NCBI GenBank assembly: GCA_016618085.1
Contig: JABLTG010000120.1
Span: forward strand, 1 to 64,000
Direction of reading: 5' to 3'
From: Neovahlkampfia damariscottae
Lineage: Eukaryota
DNA: 64,000 nucleotides
Position numbers and translations under genes: made by a program. The notes under the pieces are model-generated. The model was not told the DNA's origin. It saw nothing but the letters and a program-made list of their open reading frames with translations, and did no database searches. Below are positions 11,408 through 26,479 of this stretch, in pieces (within the stretch, counting starts at the first letter, position 1; every line of letters begins with the position of its first letter).

Positions 11408-11570
11408 GAATAAGTTACAATAAAATGATTGGACAAAAAAAAACTCAATTTTAAAATTGAAAACCAAGTTTATTCCCAAATGGAAGAAAAATTGTTCAAA
11501 TTAATAAACCAATCTCCTTCCTCCAATCAAACACAGGCTCACTTCAAAATTCAAACTGTTCCTGAATCTC
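11408..11570. promoter_or_regulatory. Bidirectional promoter with CCAAT boxes (example of the window-wide motif)
   Basis: ATTGG at 11428-11432 and CCAAT at 11523-11527 lie between divergent starts 11407 and 11571. Confidence 0.6.
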
Positions 11571-13224
11571 ATGATACTTTGGACAATTACACTTATTGTA
11601 TTAATACCAGTCTTATATTTCACGTTTTTATTCTTCAGAGGTATTTATTTCTCTGTAAAGATATCTGTCTTTGAAACAAACAAAATGATCAAAAAAAATC
11701 CAAACCTGAAACATATTTTCAATTTACCATTCAACTATGGATTAGGACAAACTTTAGGGTTCCTTAATAGAAAAAATACATTTTATTACATTCGAGATTT
11801 AAGCTTGAAAGCAACAACTCCAATGTTTGGTTATTACTTCGCTTTGTTAAAAGGTAAAAAAATTTATGAAGAATAAATTGTCTCAGGAATTATGGTCAGA
11901 GATCCTCAAGTTTGTTAAATTATGGATATTAACCTTTTAAGGCTGTCAAAGAAATAATGGTCTCTCAAGCAAAGAATTTTCCAAAGAACCCAATTTCAGC
12001 GGATATTTTTGAATCATTTTTAGGTAAGGGCTTGGTAGCTTCTTCAGGTGATCATTGGAGAGTTCATAGAACTTTAATAGCACCTGTTTTTACACCAGAG
12101 AATGTATCAAAGATGGTTGATATTATGAAAGATGAAACACGTAAATACTGTGATGAAAAATGGAAGAAAATGGAACTGGATGGTGTTGTTACTATTAATA
12201 ATGCATCAAATGAAATATCAAAACTAACTCAAAGAATTATTGCTGGTGCAGCGTTTGGAAGTGAAAATGAAACTTTTTTTGATGAAATGGCTGACTTGTG
12301 GCATGACTTAGTTCAAGATTTTGGTTCTTCAATGTTTTTAATTGCCATTTTTGGTGTTTATTCACTTTATTTACCTTTGCCAAATAATATGAGATTTTTG
12401 AAAAACAAACAAAAAATGACAAAGATGGTGAAAGGTTTAATTGAAAAAAGGAAAACTGAAAATTCACAAAAAATGAAAGGAAAAGAGCTTTTATCATTAA
12501 TGATCGATGCAGAAGATGAAGATGGAAAAAAAATTGATGATCAAGGATTGGTTGATGAATCATTGACATTTTTATTTGCAGGTCACGATACGTAAACATT
12601 GTGAAATTCTAAAACAATTTTAGCACTTCAGCTTTATTATCTTTCATGTTCTGGAAACTTGCTGAAAATCCAAAAGTCCAAGAAAAATTATTCAATGAAC
12701 TTCAAGAGGTTTTTGGTGATGAAGATCCAAAATATGAACAACTTGATAAATTGACATACATGTCTTATGTAATTAATGAAACATTGAGAATGTACCCTCC
12801 TGCAATAAATGTTCAAAAAATAGCTGATAAAGATACTGAAATCATGGGTTATGCAATTCCAAAAGGAGTAAGAATTTTTTTAAAGTTTTAACAACAAAAG
12901 TCATATCTTTTAGTTGATATTCTTGCCACACACTACAACTCAAAGGTCTGGGAAAATCCGATGACATTTGATCCTGAACGTTGGACTCCAGATAGAATTA
13001 AAGAAGTTCCATTGTTGAGATATGCATTCATTCCATTTTCAGCTGGATCTAGGAATTGTGTTGGAAAATTATTTGCTCAAGTTGAGGCTCCTTTAGTTGC
13101 ATCAATGATTTTGAAAAGATACAACATTGAAATGGCAGACGATGGAAAGAAAATATTTGCTGATGCAACATTTGTTCTTAAAGCTGATAACTTGAATTTA
13201 AAATTCACAAGAAGGAATAAATAG
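11571..13224 (+). CDS. Cytochrome P450 (CYP4/CYP3-clan-like), 4 introns
   Basis: N-terminal TM anchor, AGHDTT I-helix, ETLR, FDPERW and heme motif FSAGSRNCVG. Confidence 0.95.
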
Positions 13225-13294
13225 CTTTATTTTTAATTTACCAGTACTACAGTCACTAAGAATTGAATAGCCAAAAAAAATTGGAAACTAAAAT

Positions 13295-15215
<1,921 letters not shown>

Positions 15216-15296
15216 ATTTGAAATTGACCAATGAAAAAGTAAAAAGATTGAGTCTTTTCAATGTAAAATTATTCATATTTTTTCATCAATAAAAAT

Positions 15297-16184
15297 TTAT
15301 TTCTTTGATGGAATTCCACGACATTTTGAAGGGAATTCACTTTCATTGTCTTTAAATTCAGTCCCTGAAGCGAAAAATGAACATGTATTTTCACAATCTC
15401 CTGCAGCTCCATAAACAGCTTTATTTCCAATGACTTTACCTCCAAATATGTTAAGTCCACCTCCACCACAATAAAATGCACCACCAGTTTTTCGATAAAC
15501 AGATGCTTCGTTATTCAAGAGATTCACATTTCTTAAAGTTACATCACCATTAGCATTGATACCAGCACCAAGTATATTATAGTTTCCTGTTGTTTGTGAA
15601 ATGGTTGAATCGTCAACTGTTCCTTTAGCCCATAAAACCATTCCAATTTTACATTTGTCAATAGAAACATTTGAGATATGAAATCCTGAACCAGAGATGT
15701 AAATTCCAACGTCACTTTCAATAACTTTGACATTTGATATTTCAACTTTTTTTGTGTTTTGGATTCTGATTCCATGTCCTTGTCTCATGTATTTTGGACC
15801 AAGATTCACATTTGATATTTTGATGCTTTCAATTCTATCTGCAGAAATCATATCTCCTGTATTTGCTTCTATTGCTATATCGGTTAATTCAATAATTTTA
15901 TTGTCTTTAAAATAAAAATTTCCTGAGATTAAAGGTTTGCCACCATATCCTTTGATTTTGAGTGATTTTTGAATTGTATTTTGTTCACTGTAAACAGCAG
16001 GTTCTATGTTTATAGTGTCTCCATCTTTTGATTTAAGATATGCTTTTCTGATGGTAGCAACAGGATGTTCTTTTGATCCATCGTTGTTATCATCTCCTCT
16101 TTGTTTTGAAACAAAAATTTCAGCTGAAAACACAGTGGAAATGAAAAGCAAGAGAATGAGGACAGATACATGTTTGGATGACAT
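15297..16184 (-). CDS. Secreted right-handed parallel beta-helix (pectin-lyase-like, DUF1565-type N-terminus) protein
   Basis: Signal peptide; IFVSKQRGDDNNDGSKEHPVATIRKA and GDTINIEPAVY; GGAFY-type repeats. Confidence 0.8.
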   Translation of the reverse strand: MSSKHVSVLILLLFISTVFSAEIFVSKQRGDDNNDGSKEHPVATIRKAYLKSKDGDTINIEPAVYSEQNTIQKSLKIKGYGGKPLISGNFYFKDNKIIELTDIAIEANTGDMISADRIESIKISNVNLGPKYMRQGHGIRIQNTKKVEISNVKVIESDVGIYISGSGFHISNVSIDKCKIGMVLWAKGTVDDSTISQTTGNYNILGAGINANGDVTLRNVNLLNNEASVYRKTGGAFYCGGGGLNIFGGKVIGNKAVYGAAGDCENTCSFFASGTEFKDNESEFPSKCRGIPSKK

Positions 16185-16373
16185 GAGGTTTTTAATGAAT
16201 TCGAGAAGCAAAATGATTGGACCTTCTGTACCAATCAAAAAAGTTCGAAAAAAAAACCAAAAATGGGGTTTGCAAATGCCTAATTAAATATTCTGAGTTT
16301 GGGCAGAAAATAAAAGATATCATTTCATTGGCCGACACAGGAATTTTTTTTTCAACGACTAGCAAGAAAGGAG

Positions 16374-17773
16374 ATGGAAATAAACTCTAATAGCTTTGGT
16401 GCTTTTTCAATGTTTGGAGAAATATCAGGAACTATAAAAAAAACAGTAGAAGAAAAAAAAAACAGTCAAGATTTGTCAGATTTACCAAAAACTGAAAACA
16501 CAGGTTTTCTTGATTCTTTAAAGACAAGTAGCGCTTTTCTTTATGAAGAAACTAAAAAACAAAACATCACAAAAGAAAGCTTCAAAAAATCAAACACAGA
16601 TTATTCACCTTCACTTGTTGACATAAGTCCTTCTATTTGCTCAAGCAGAAGAATAACTATTGACTCAAGTGAAGATTCAGAGGAAGAGGAAAATGAACAG
16701 GATATTACAAGTCCAAAAGGAGGTTTTACTACTTCAACTATTCAAAAAGTTAATGAACAACTATTTCATAAAACAGGAAAAATAAAAATACAAGAAGAAG
16801 AAATAAGTATGTTGTTGGATCCTTTTGCTGAAGAACAAAAAAAATTAAAAATCGTTGCTTGTACTTTTAACGTTGCCGAAGGTATTTCAGAAACAGTTGG
16901 TGATTGGATAGCTTCAAATCCAGCTGATATTTATACAATAGGACTTCAAGAAATTGATATGTCTGCGAAGACTATTGTTTCTGCAAAATCAGATGCTTGT
17001 AAAAATTGGGATAAGATTTTTCAAAACACATTCGAAAAAAATGGTGAATTTAAGAAAATTATATCAGAACAGTTAGTTGGAATGTATCATTGTTTGTATA
17101 TACATAAAAGTCATTATCAAAAAATCGAAAATGCTTATTGGTCAAAAATAGGTCTCGGAAAATTAGGTTTAGGAAACAAAGTAACAAAATTTGTTTATTA
17201 ACTAAATAGGGTTGTATTGCTTATACTCTTCAATTGTTTGGAAATACTTTTTGTTTTGTAAATTCACATTTTGAATCTGGGAAAAAAAAAATAAAAGAAA
17301 GAAATCAAAATTTCCAATACATTTACTCGGAAAAATTATTTGACAATTCTGAAATTTCACCATTAGATGCTAATTTTGTCATTTTTGTTGGTGATTTTAA
17401 TTACAGAATACAATTATCCAAGGAAGAAACTGAAGAAATTATCAAAACAAAAAATGTTAAAAAACTATTAAATCATGATCAATTATCATTAGAAAAAGAT
17501 GAAGGAAATGTTTTTGATGGTTTTTTTGAACCAGAAATTACTTTTTTACCAACTTATAAATTTGATAAAAATTCAAATATTTATGATACAAGTAAAAAAC
17601 AAAGAGTACCATCCTATTGTGATCGAATTCTCATAAAATGTGTAAATCAAGAAAATTTAAAAGTTGATAAATACATTAGTAAATTTGATGAAACGTCATC
17701 AGATCATCGTCCAGTATTGGCTTCAATGGAATTCACATTGGATGAAATTTGTCAAAGAAGAAAAAAATATTAA
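16374..17773 (+). CDS. Inositol polyphosphate 5-phosphatase (paralog 1), intron 17181-17209
   Basis: CTFNV, IGLQE, GNK|G, FVNSHF, GDFNYR, PTYKF, PSYCDRIL and SDHRPV. Confidence 0.95.
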
Positions 17774-18448
17774 TGATAAATAAACATTTGATATAAAATT
17801 AAGGTGTCCATAATGATTTGAGTGACTCCACAAATGATAAATTGAATTGGTAATCCGTTGAATGAGAAATAAATTGTTTTGAATAAATCTCCTACAAACC
17901 ATGTTCCGATTAAAACAATACTCAACCCTTTTGTAGATTTCATTTTAAAGTTTTTAATTGCTTGTGGTAATCCAAGTAATGATTCAATCAACAAAGAGAA
18001 ACTGCCTAACAATTCAACATAAAAACTATATTCAATGAAAACGGAACTTAAAAGTGAAAGACTAACAAAAAGGATTCCAAAAAATTGAACTTTTACAAGT
18101 TAAAAAACAGTATTATATTCACTTACGATAAATGAAGAAACTTTTCCATTTCCAAAAATTTTTTAAATCAAATAATGAATTTCCTCGAAAATCATCAGAA
18201 GGAAATGAAGTACAAATGTGAATCATGAAAAATTGACAAATAATCATTACTATAGATTGATACAACATAACTATTTCGAATCTTTTTCCATACCAAAAAA
18301 AAATTCTTAAAGTGTTGCTCAAAAACAAAATTAATGAGACCAATGTGCTGAAACTTTTTGAGTTTTTAGATTGTTTGATGTTTTTATATTGATCTATGTA
18401 ACCTATTACAGGTGAAAAAACCATAATTGAGTCAATGATGTAGTTCAT
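17770..18448 (-). CDS. PQ-loop membrane protein (SLC66A2/PQLC1-like), 1 intron
   Basis: GYIDQY, NTLRIFFWYGKRF, ESLLGLPQ and GDLFKTIYF. Confidence 0.9.
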
Positions 18449-18514
18449 GTTTCTTTAACTTTGTCCAATCAGATAATGAAGTTTAGAAGTTTAACAAATG
18501 ATGCTCAGAAAACT

Positions 18515-19606
18515 TTATTTTTTCTTTTTGATTAATTCTAACATATAATCTTTGATATAGGCAGAAAAATCATTTTCTTCAGATAACTTCTTTTCAATTA
18601 TATCAACAAAATCTCTATAAATATCATAGGTTTCAATCTTATCAGATTTTGTTAAATCCAAAACATATTGATGAAATTCATCAGTAGAATATAATTTTTC
18701 AATTTCTAACCATACATTTACATAAATTTGATTTTGTTTTTCGAAAGATTCATCAATGAAAAATGACAATAAAAAATTCTTTGATAATTCTTGAACTGTG
18801 TGTTTGATGCCTGGACTTTTGATTTCAAAAATTTTTTCAACACCTAATGACTTTTCAAAAAACCATTGATAAATATGAAATCCTTTACGCAATTGTGAAT
18901 CAGGTAATCCAACGTTAACAAAGGCAAAATCATTCAATAATTGTTGGTAAATGAATACAATTCTGTTCAGATTTAATGATGAGAATTTATCATCAAAAAA
19001 TGTTTTGGACTTCCAAAGATATCCTTTTTCTTCTATTTCTCTTTGCAAAATAATTTGATAAAAAGTTTTTCTGTCCAAAAAGGTTGGTGTGAATTTAATG
19101 AATCTTAATTGTTCTCCTTCTTTAAAATCTAAATATTTATACTGTTCAAATTGTTCTTCCCCTTTTTCAAAAAAGAATGAATTGATTTCCTTTTTTATAT
19201 TTGAAACATTTTTATCATTTGCATCAAATCTATTCAATGAATCACGAATAGAAGATAAAATAATTAAAGTTGTGCTGCATCTTTGTTGACCATCTACGCA
19301 AAGTAATCCATCTGAAGTTTCAAAAAATATGAATTTTCCAATCTGATGTTTGTTGTAAATTGGAGTTGAAACATCTTTCCACCAACGTTGAAGTTGACTT
19401 GTTTCTGAATTCCAACAATATCTTCTTTGAAAAACAGGAAGATAAATCTTCGTTGAAGAGCTGAAAAGCTTTTGAAAGTTGGAAGCAAAAATGTTGATTT
19501 TAACATCTCTATCAATTGGAAACTGATACATGTTGTGTTGAATGTTGAGATGTTGGTTCAATTTTTGAGCTTTTTGGAATTCAAGAATTTCTTTAGGATT
19601 CATCAT
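18515..19606 (-). CDS. DUF262 (GmrSD N-terminal/ParB-like) domain protein
   Basis: YLPVFQRRYCW and VDGQQR family motifs; intronless. Confidence 0.85.
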   Translation of the reverse strand: MMNPKEILEFQKAQKLNQHLNIQHNMYQFPIDRDVKINIFASNFQKLFSSSTKIYLPVFQRRYCWNSETSQLQRWWKDVSTPIYNKHQIGKFIFFETSDGLLCVDGQQRCSTTLIILSSIRDSLNRFDANDKNVSNIKKEINSFFFEKGEEQFEQYKYLDFKEGEQLRFIKFTPTFLDRKTFYQIILQREIEEKGYLWKSKTFFDDKFSSLNLNRIVFIYQQLLNDFAFVNVGLPDSQLRKGFHIYQWFFEKSLGVEKIFEIKSPGIKHTVQELSKNFLLSFFIDESFEKQNQIYVNVWLEIEKLYSTDEFHQYVLDLTKSDKIETYDIYRDFVDIIEKKLSEENDFSAYIKDYMLELIKKKK

Positions 19607-19833
19607 GATGAACTGGTTTTTGTTTGAGAATTTCTCTTTGTATCATTCTGATAGATCATTGGCTTAAATAGATACGAAAATCTAAAAATAAATTAAAACT
19701 ATTCGTCACTAAAACATGAATAGATATAATGAATAGATATAGTCATCAAAAGGTTGAGTAATTTGAATATTAGGTTTGAATCATTGGTGGAATATTGTCA
19801 CCCAATTGAATTCAAACACTTGTTTGATGAACC

Positions 19834-21392
19834 ATGCACTTCAGATTTTTAATTATATTCATTATACTTCTCTGTGTGTTCTCAAAAGACCTATATGAAG
19901 TTCTTGGTGTTTCAAAAACAGCAACAGACCGAGAAATAAAAAAAGCATACAAACGATTGGCTTTAAAATATCATCCAGATAGAAACAAAGGAAAAAATAC
20001 TCAAAAACAATTTATAGAAGTTTCACAGGCATATGAAATTTTGAAAAATCCACAAAAAAGAAAACAATATGACATGTATGGATCACAAGAAGAAAATCAA
20101 TATGATGAAGAAGAACAACAAACTGGAGAATCGAATCCATTTGGTAATTTCAAAACAACAGGTAATTTTGGTCAAAGGTTTCAGTTTAACTTCAATGGAT
20201 TTCAATTTAACTTTCAAAATCCCTTTGAAATGTTCAATAATTTTTTTTCTGAAAATTCTGAAGATGACGAAGATGAACAGTTGTTTCATCACAAACCAAA
20301 ATTTAGAGAAATTGATTTAATCCAATTTAAATCAATTTTGGAGAATAATTATCATTTTTCTCATATTCCACAATTTATTTATGTTTTTCCGACAATTGGA
20401 TTTTGTGAAAGTTGCTCAAAAGCAACTAGAATTTTAGATGCGTCAAAAGAAAGACTCAAAGGTCTTGCACATTTTAAAATGTTAGGAGTTGAATCTAAAC
20501 ATCAGTAAGAACATGATTTTGACTCAACAAAAATTGAAGAATTTCATTGAAAGGTTTAACTAAAATTCCAGTGGTTTTATTTGTTTTACATGGAAAAATA
20601 TCAATATTTCATATAAATAATTCAATAAAATTCGATAAGTTTACGAATTTTGTTCATGAAAATTATCCAAAAGTGAATGTTCCGATTTTGGAAAATTCTC
20701 AAGATATGGAAAAATTTTTGAACAACGATGGAATTTCAATCATTTTATTTTCAAAATATAAAGAACCTACTTCAATTGAGAAAGAATTATATTACAATTA
20801 CAAAGACTATCATTCATTTGCACATGTTCATGTTTCATCAAATTCTCATTGGGCATTTGACGAATTTATTGAATTAAGCAATTCAGGATTACCATCTATT
20901 TGCATACAAACAAAAAATGAAACGAATACCGAATATCAATTTGTTGATTCGTTAAACAGAGAGGTATGACAGAAATTTTGTTAATTCAAAAAAAAGGGAT
21001 TAATTGAAGTCATACGTGAAAATGGAATTGAGAAAATACCATTATTAAAGTCAAATGAAATGTTAATTGACAATTGCTATGGAATTTATTGTGTAATTTT
21101 TTCAAGTGAAAAAAAAACTGATTCATCATTTCTGCATAAAATTTTTGAATTTACAAAAAAAATCAAAGCATTAAATTATAGAATAGGTATCATTAATTCA
21201 TTCCAAATGCTCAAAAATTCCTTAAATTTTTCAAATTCAAACAAAATCCTATTTATATTAAACCTAAAATCAAAAGAATATCTTGGATATAATGGAACTG
21301 ATTTTTCAGATAAAACTTTGAAAGAATGGTTCATTTCCATTCCAAAATTAAAATTTACAAAATTTTCAACACTAAACCTCCACAAAAATTGA
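19834..21392 (+). CDS. ER DnaJ protein with thioredoxin-like domains (DNAJC16/ERdj-like), 2 introns
   Basis: Signal peptide, J-domain with HPD, G/F-rich linker and CESC motif. Confidence 0.8.
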
Positions 21393-21422
21393 ATAAAAAA
21401 AAAATGAAAAAATCATCATGGT

Positions 21423-22245
21423 TTATTCTTTTGGTTTTGTTCCAAAAAAGTCACCAATTTGTTCAATTGTATCAATTTGATAAGGTTCTTCATCATCAGC
21501 ATCATCTTTTATCAAATTTGATTTTGTATCCATAAACATTGATCTTTCTTGTTGTTGAGACTCTGTTCTCATTTTATCATATTTCATAAACTCTGCCATT
21601 AATTTCTTTTCACTTCTTCTCTTCAACCACCATTTTGCGCATGTTGGATAACAACAAAATAAAATAGCAATAAATAAAAATGGAATTGGTAATAAAGTCA
21701 ACCAGTAATAATGACCTGACATTGAAAAAGTAACATGTTTAGGATCTGCTACACGATAATAACATGGGTATGTTTGATTTATCTAAGATGACAATAATAT
21801 GTTAAATATTTTTTTTTTTTTTACTTGATAATAAGCCGCAAACTCATCAATAACAAAAAGTGATAAACTATAACCACGTTCTTTTATATCTAAAAGTTCT
21901 TGGTCTACTGGACCATAAACAGTTGAAGAAGTTAATTGACCTCCACCTGTTGTATAATTTACGTTGATGCTAATTCTGTATTTTTTAAAAGTTACATATG
22001 TGCTTGATTTGAAACGGAATTCTCTTGTTTTTGATGTGACTAAACAATTTGATGTTACAGGTAAAAAGTTCCAAATTGGTATAACCACTTTTAACTTTAT
22101 AAGTTAAATTAAAAATCAAACCTCCTAAAACAACACCAACAGCTGCACCAGTTAGTGCCAGAAATAAAAGTCCACATATATGGTGACTCCATATACGATC
22201 AAAGAAAAAAGAACTGACCTTCTCGTAAGTCTTCTTTATTCCCAT
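21423..22245 (-). CDS. Two-TM membrane protein of unknown function, 2 introns
   Basis: A 34-nt GT..AAAAG intron gives ...GVVLG|VVIPIWN; second intron at about 21785-21823; second TM is YYWLTLLPIPFLFIAILFCC. Confidence 0.65.
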
Positions 22246-22374
22246 GAAAAATTGTCCAATGAATTTGTATCAGAAAAAAAGTGGAAAAATTGAAACATTG
22301 TGATGACATAAAATATTTTTTTAAATGTTTATTAATTTTGTGAAACTTATCCATTTCTTATTGGTTTATTCAAG

Positions 22375-23089
22375 ATGAAAAATTTGTATGCAATTCTCGG
22401 AGTTGGTAAATCAGCTTCACAAGAAGCAATTAAAAAATCGTTTGATTAATATTTCAATTAAACTTAAATCACATAGATTCAGAGATTTAGCCAAAAAATA
22501 CCATCCTGACGTTAACAAAGATGAAAAAACTCAACAAAAATTTAAAGAGATAACAGAAGCTTATGGAATTCTTTCAGACAGTAATTTTTAATAAAAAATA
22601 ACATTAGAAAATAAAAAATATGAGTATGATATGATGCTGAATCAACAAACACCTTTTTATCCACAACAACAATATTCAACATCAAATCAAGACTATAATA
22701 AGAATCCAAATCAAACAAAAGGAGCATACACTAAATATACATATACCAAGAATGGTCAGGCATATACCTATACAATGTATACAAACCAAGGCTATCAAAA
22801 TTTTGAAGATGAATTTTATAATTTTTCAAACTCATTTAATCAAAAAGAGTATGATAGATGGAGAGATATTTTAGAAAAAGAACAAAGAATAAGGTATAAG
22901 AGACAATTAGAGAAACAAAAAAAATTGACAAGATATTTGGTTTTGCTGTTTGTTGTTCCATTGTTATTTTACATGTATGATATTTATGTTCAAATGGAAA
23001 AAATAAGAAAGACGAATAATGAAGAAGCAAAACGATATTTAAGAGAAAATCAATCACCTTACGAAGAAAAAAGAAAAAAAGGAGAATAA
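22375..23089 (+). CDS. DnaJ-domain protein with C-terminal TM segment, 2 introns
   Basis: [10 protein letters not shown]...KYHPD...[10 protein letters not shown] after splicing. Confidence 0.85.
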
Positions 23090-23314
23090 AATGTGAAATC
23101 AAATTTTTTTTTGGAAAATGATTTTTTTCACTTGAATTTAATGTGAAAAAAAATTCCGTATTGTGAAACTGGAATAAATGACCATTCAACAATCTGAGAC
23201 TAATTTTGGATTTTAAAAAAAAAATTTTTATTCCAGTAATTAGATGATCCCCTTCTCTTTTTCAAGAAAAATAAAATTTTTATTAAACAGATGGTTGACT
23301 GATATCCAACAAGA

Positions 23315-25438
23315 TTATTGTAATTCAATCAACATATCTTGACAAGTAACTTCATCTAATGTTGGTAATGGAAATAAAGACATGAAAATTCTTCTTAAAT
23401 AAACATTCAAACTTGAGATTAATTTCTCATCATCACAATCTTTAATCTTACCATTTTTGTCAATTACAACTTTTGTATTGTTATAAAATAAATGAATTTC
23501 AACTTTTTTTGTGTCAAATGAAATGTCTTTAAATCTTTCTGATAACAAAAGATAAACAGTTTGCATTAATGATGTTTCTGTTGCAGAATGAATTTGTTCT
23601 TTTGTTCCTAATAAAATTTGTAAAACAGCATCAGCAATAAGATCATTATCAGTGCTTGTATTCCATTGTAAATTGATTTGTTCTTTTTTATCATGCATAT
23701 CATAAATAATTTTAACATGTTTTCCAATACAAAAAGTTTGGAAATTTTCACCTTTTTCTGATGTCATGGTGAATCTTTCTTTCAATGCTTTTTCAAAATC
23801 AAAATTTGGTTTTGGAATTGTCAATGTTTGAGTTACTCCTGTATAAGTAATTTCAGTTTGAGTTTTCAAATCTTCTTTTTTAACAAGTGTATTCTTGAAT
23901 TCTTTTTGAACTAAAATTCCAGAAATCAAATTTCCATCTTTTACCTCTTCTGTCAGTTTACCAAACACTTTTGCAATTTTTTCACCTCTGAACATAATTT
24001 CAACAGATTGACAATTTTTTGGAGTGTAGACTTGAAGTTTTTCAAATTTAGTTTGTAATGCTTGTTTTAAACGAGTCATATTTGTTGAATCTCCATGAAC
24101 TAGAACACAATGAGTTGGTTTTGCACTTTCAATAAACTCTTCAGTTTGTTCACGATCAGAATGAGCTGAAAATGAAATAGATTTGACTGTCATATTTAGA
24201 GGAACTGTTTGTCCTGAACTTAAAGTTACTTCTGATGGTTCTGTGATGATTTTTTTAGCCAATGTTCCTTCTACACAATATCCTGGAATAACTACTCCAT
24301 TTCTTGAGTCAGAGCACCATTTTTCAAAAAGTTCTTGAGAAATACCTGATTGTAACATACCTGGTGATGCCATAACAACAGAAGGACCTGAGTCTTCAAA
24401 TGAATCCATATCTTTTAAATTGGAAATATGTTTGAACAAAAATGGATTTGAAATATCAAATTGTTTTCTAATCTTTTCATTCATTGATTCAATATACTGC
24501 TTAAAAACTTTCATACATTTTTGAGCCAATGAAGATGCATAATAGATTGGAATTTTTTGGAGTTTTGGATGAGTTTCCCAATACTCATCCAAAATCAATA
24601 ATAACTCTTGAGCTCTTCCTAAAGCAAAAACAGGTATCAAACAACGACCTCCTCTTAAAACAACATCATGGACCATTTTAGTGAATCTTTGTTCTCTATC
24701 TTTTCTTTTTTCATGAACTTGAATACCATAGGTGGATTCAATAATTAAAACATCAGGTTTCACAGTTGGTGTTTCAGCACCCAACAAATGACGATCTTCT
24801 TGTCTTGAAAAATCACCTGTATATAAAACAGTTGTTCCTCCAATGTCAATCATGAACATAGCAGCTCCTAATACATGACCTGCATTATAACACCAAAATT
24901 TAATTCCATTATGTTCCATTTCTTGATGATATCCTATTAAGTCAATTTTATCTAAACTTTTCATTAAGTCTTGTTCACTAAATAATTGATCCGATTGATT
25001 GGACACTTTAACAAAATCACTCAAGAGTAATTTGTAAATAGCTTTAGTTGGATGTGTCATATAACACTTTCCTTTAAAAGTTGTTTTTTCTAAAAAGTAA
25101 GGAACTGCTCCACTAGAAGGTTAAATTTTAGTTTAAATTTAAACAAACCAGTGATCCAAGTGGAAATGTGAAACTAAAACTAAGTCAATTTCTGAAGGAT
25201 CAATATTGTCAAAAAATGGTAGTGAAGCTAATCCTGTGTATGCTGGATGTACACCACAGTCAAACTGGTAAAAAAGTTTTTTTAATTTTTTTTTTTTTTT
25301 TTTTTTTACGAGAACTGTTTTTCCTCTGAATTTGACAAGAACAGCACTTCTTCCAACTTCCATTCCTGCTCCTAATGGAATGATTTCAAGTTTATCTTCA
25401 CTTGTGGTTGTTGTTATTATTGAATCTTGGATGTTCAT
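23315..25438 (-). CDS. CPSF3: Cleavage and polyadenylation specificity factor subunit 3 (CPSF73/Ysh1), 2 introns
   Basis: PLGAGMEVGRS, FDCG, HFHLDH, AGHVLGAAMF, YTGDFSR, PVFALGRAQELL and SFSAHSD. Confidence 0.97.
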
Positions 25439-25520
25439 GATTGGTTGAAAAAATTTAAAAATGAGGGTTTAAAAGAGGATCGAACTTGAGACATCTTTCC
25501 AAAAAATAAACATTGTATTT

Positions 25521-26345
25521 TTAGTCGATTTTTTCATGATTTTCATTTTGAATGACTTCATTTTCATCATAATTCAAAATAAAATCTTCATCAATTTTCA
25601 AAAAATATTTCAAATAATAAAACTTCACATCCAAGTACAACCAAATCAATTGAGAAACCAAAAAAGCCATAATAAAGAATTTACCAGCAATAACCCAATA
25701 TTTTTGATCACCTAAAATTTTTGGACGAAGAGATGGAAATGTTGCAACAAACAAAAAAATTTTCATCACCATATTAAATTTTTCTCTTGCTGTAAACCTA
25801 ACAAATGTTCGTTTAAATGTTATATACAATTCTCTAACACACTCTAAATAAGTTAAAAAAAATGTTTCAAAGGTGGGATTCGAACCTATCATCCAAAGCA
25901 TAAAACCTGATTTTATAAGAAAATAAAAAACCATTAAATAATCAACATTGACATGAGTTGATTCTACTTTAAACACATCATTTCTGGTCTTTCTATAATA
26001 CTCTTTTCTTGAAACACCCATGAGTTTGTCAAATGTTTGAGAAATGAATTCAATTACAGGAAAAACTGAATCATTCAGAAGAGCGCATCCAAATATCAAC
26101 GCTGTGTATAAAATCAAAGTTATGATTGTTATGAAAATATAATGATATTTTTTAAAAATGGGTTTCAAGAGTTTGTATTTGTATTTACAATTTTCGCAAC
26201 TTTTTGGTGATGGGGCTACGTTTCGCCAGTGATTTAAACATTCTCTATGTACATGTTTCATTGTTCCTTTACAATAGCAAGGTGATATTAAATCACCTTC
26301 TTCTTCAAAACAAATTCTGCACTGTTTGTTAAGATCTGAAGTCAT
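25521..26345 (-). CDS. RING-variant (MARCH-type) E3 ligase with TM segments
   Basis: CRIC...PCYCKGTMKHVHRECLNHW...CENC C4HC3 motif plus hydrophobic helices. Confidence 0.9.
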   Translation of the reverse strand: MTSDLNKQCRICFEEEGDLISPCYCKGTMKHVHRECLNHWRNVAPSPKSCENCKYKYKLLKPIFKKYHYIFITIITLILYTALIFGCALLNDSVFPVIEFISQTFDKLMGVSRKEYYRKTRNDVFKVESTHVNVDYLMVFYFLIKSGFMLWMIGSNPTFETFFLTYLECVRELYITFKRTFVRFTAREKFNMVMKIFLFVATFPSLRPKILGDQKYWVIAGKFFIMAFLVSQLIWLYLDVKFYYLKYFLKIDEDFILNYDENEVIQNENHEKID

Positions 26346-26479
26346 GATTTCATTGGATGAACAAAAAAAATAACAAAATAAAAATAAAATAAATTTGTTT
26401 AACTATTGTTTAAAATTCTAACTTTTTTTAGTTGTAGAATTCAACCAATAAAATTATTTTCTTTTTTCAAAGAAACAAC

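Noticed and set aside
19716..19741. Tandem ATGAATAGATATA x2
   Set aside because: Two AT-rich copies with no spacer, consistent with slippage and not an array.
22080..22125. Apparent frameshift in the two-TM gene
   Set aside because: Explained by a 34-nt GT..AAAAG intron.
25875..25886. GGTTCGAATCCC (tRNA T-loop/B-box) on the minus strand
   Set aside because: It lies in the MARCH CDS (GSNP) and has no T stem, D arm or acceptor stem.
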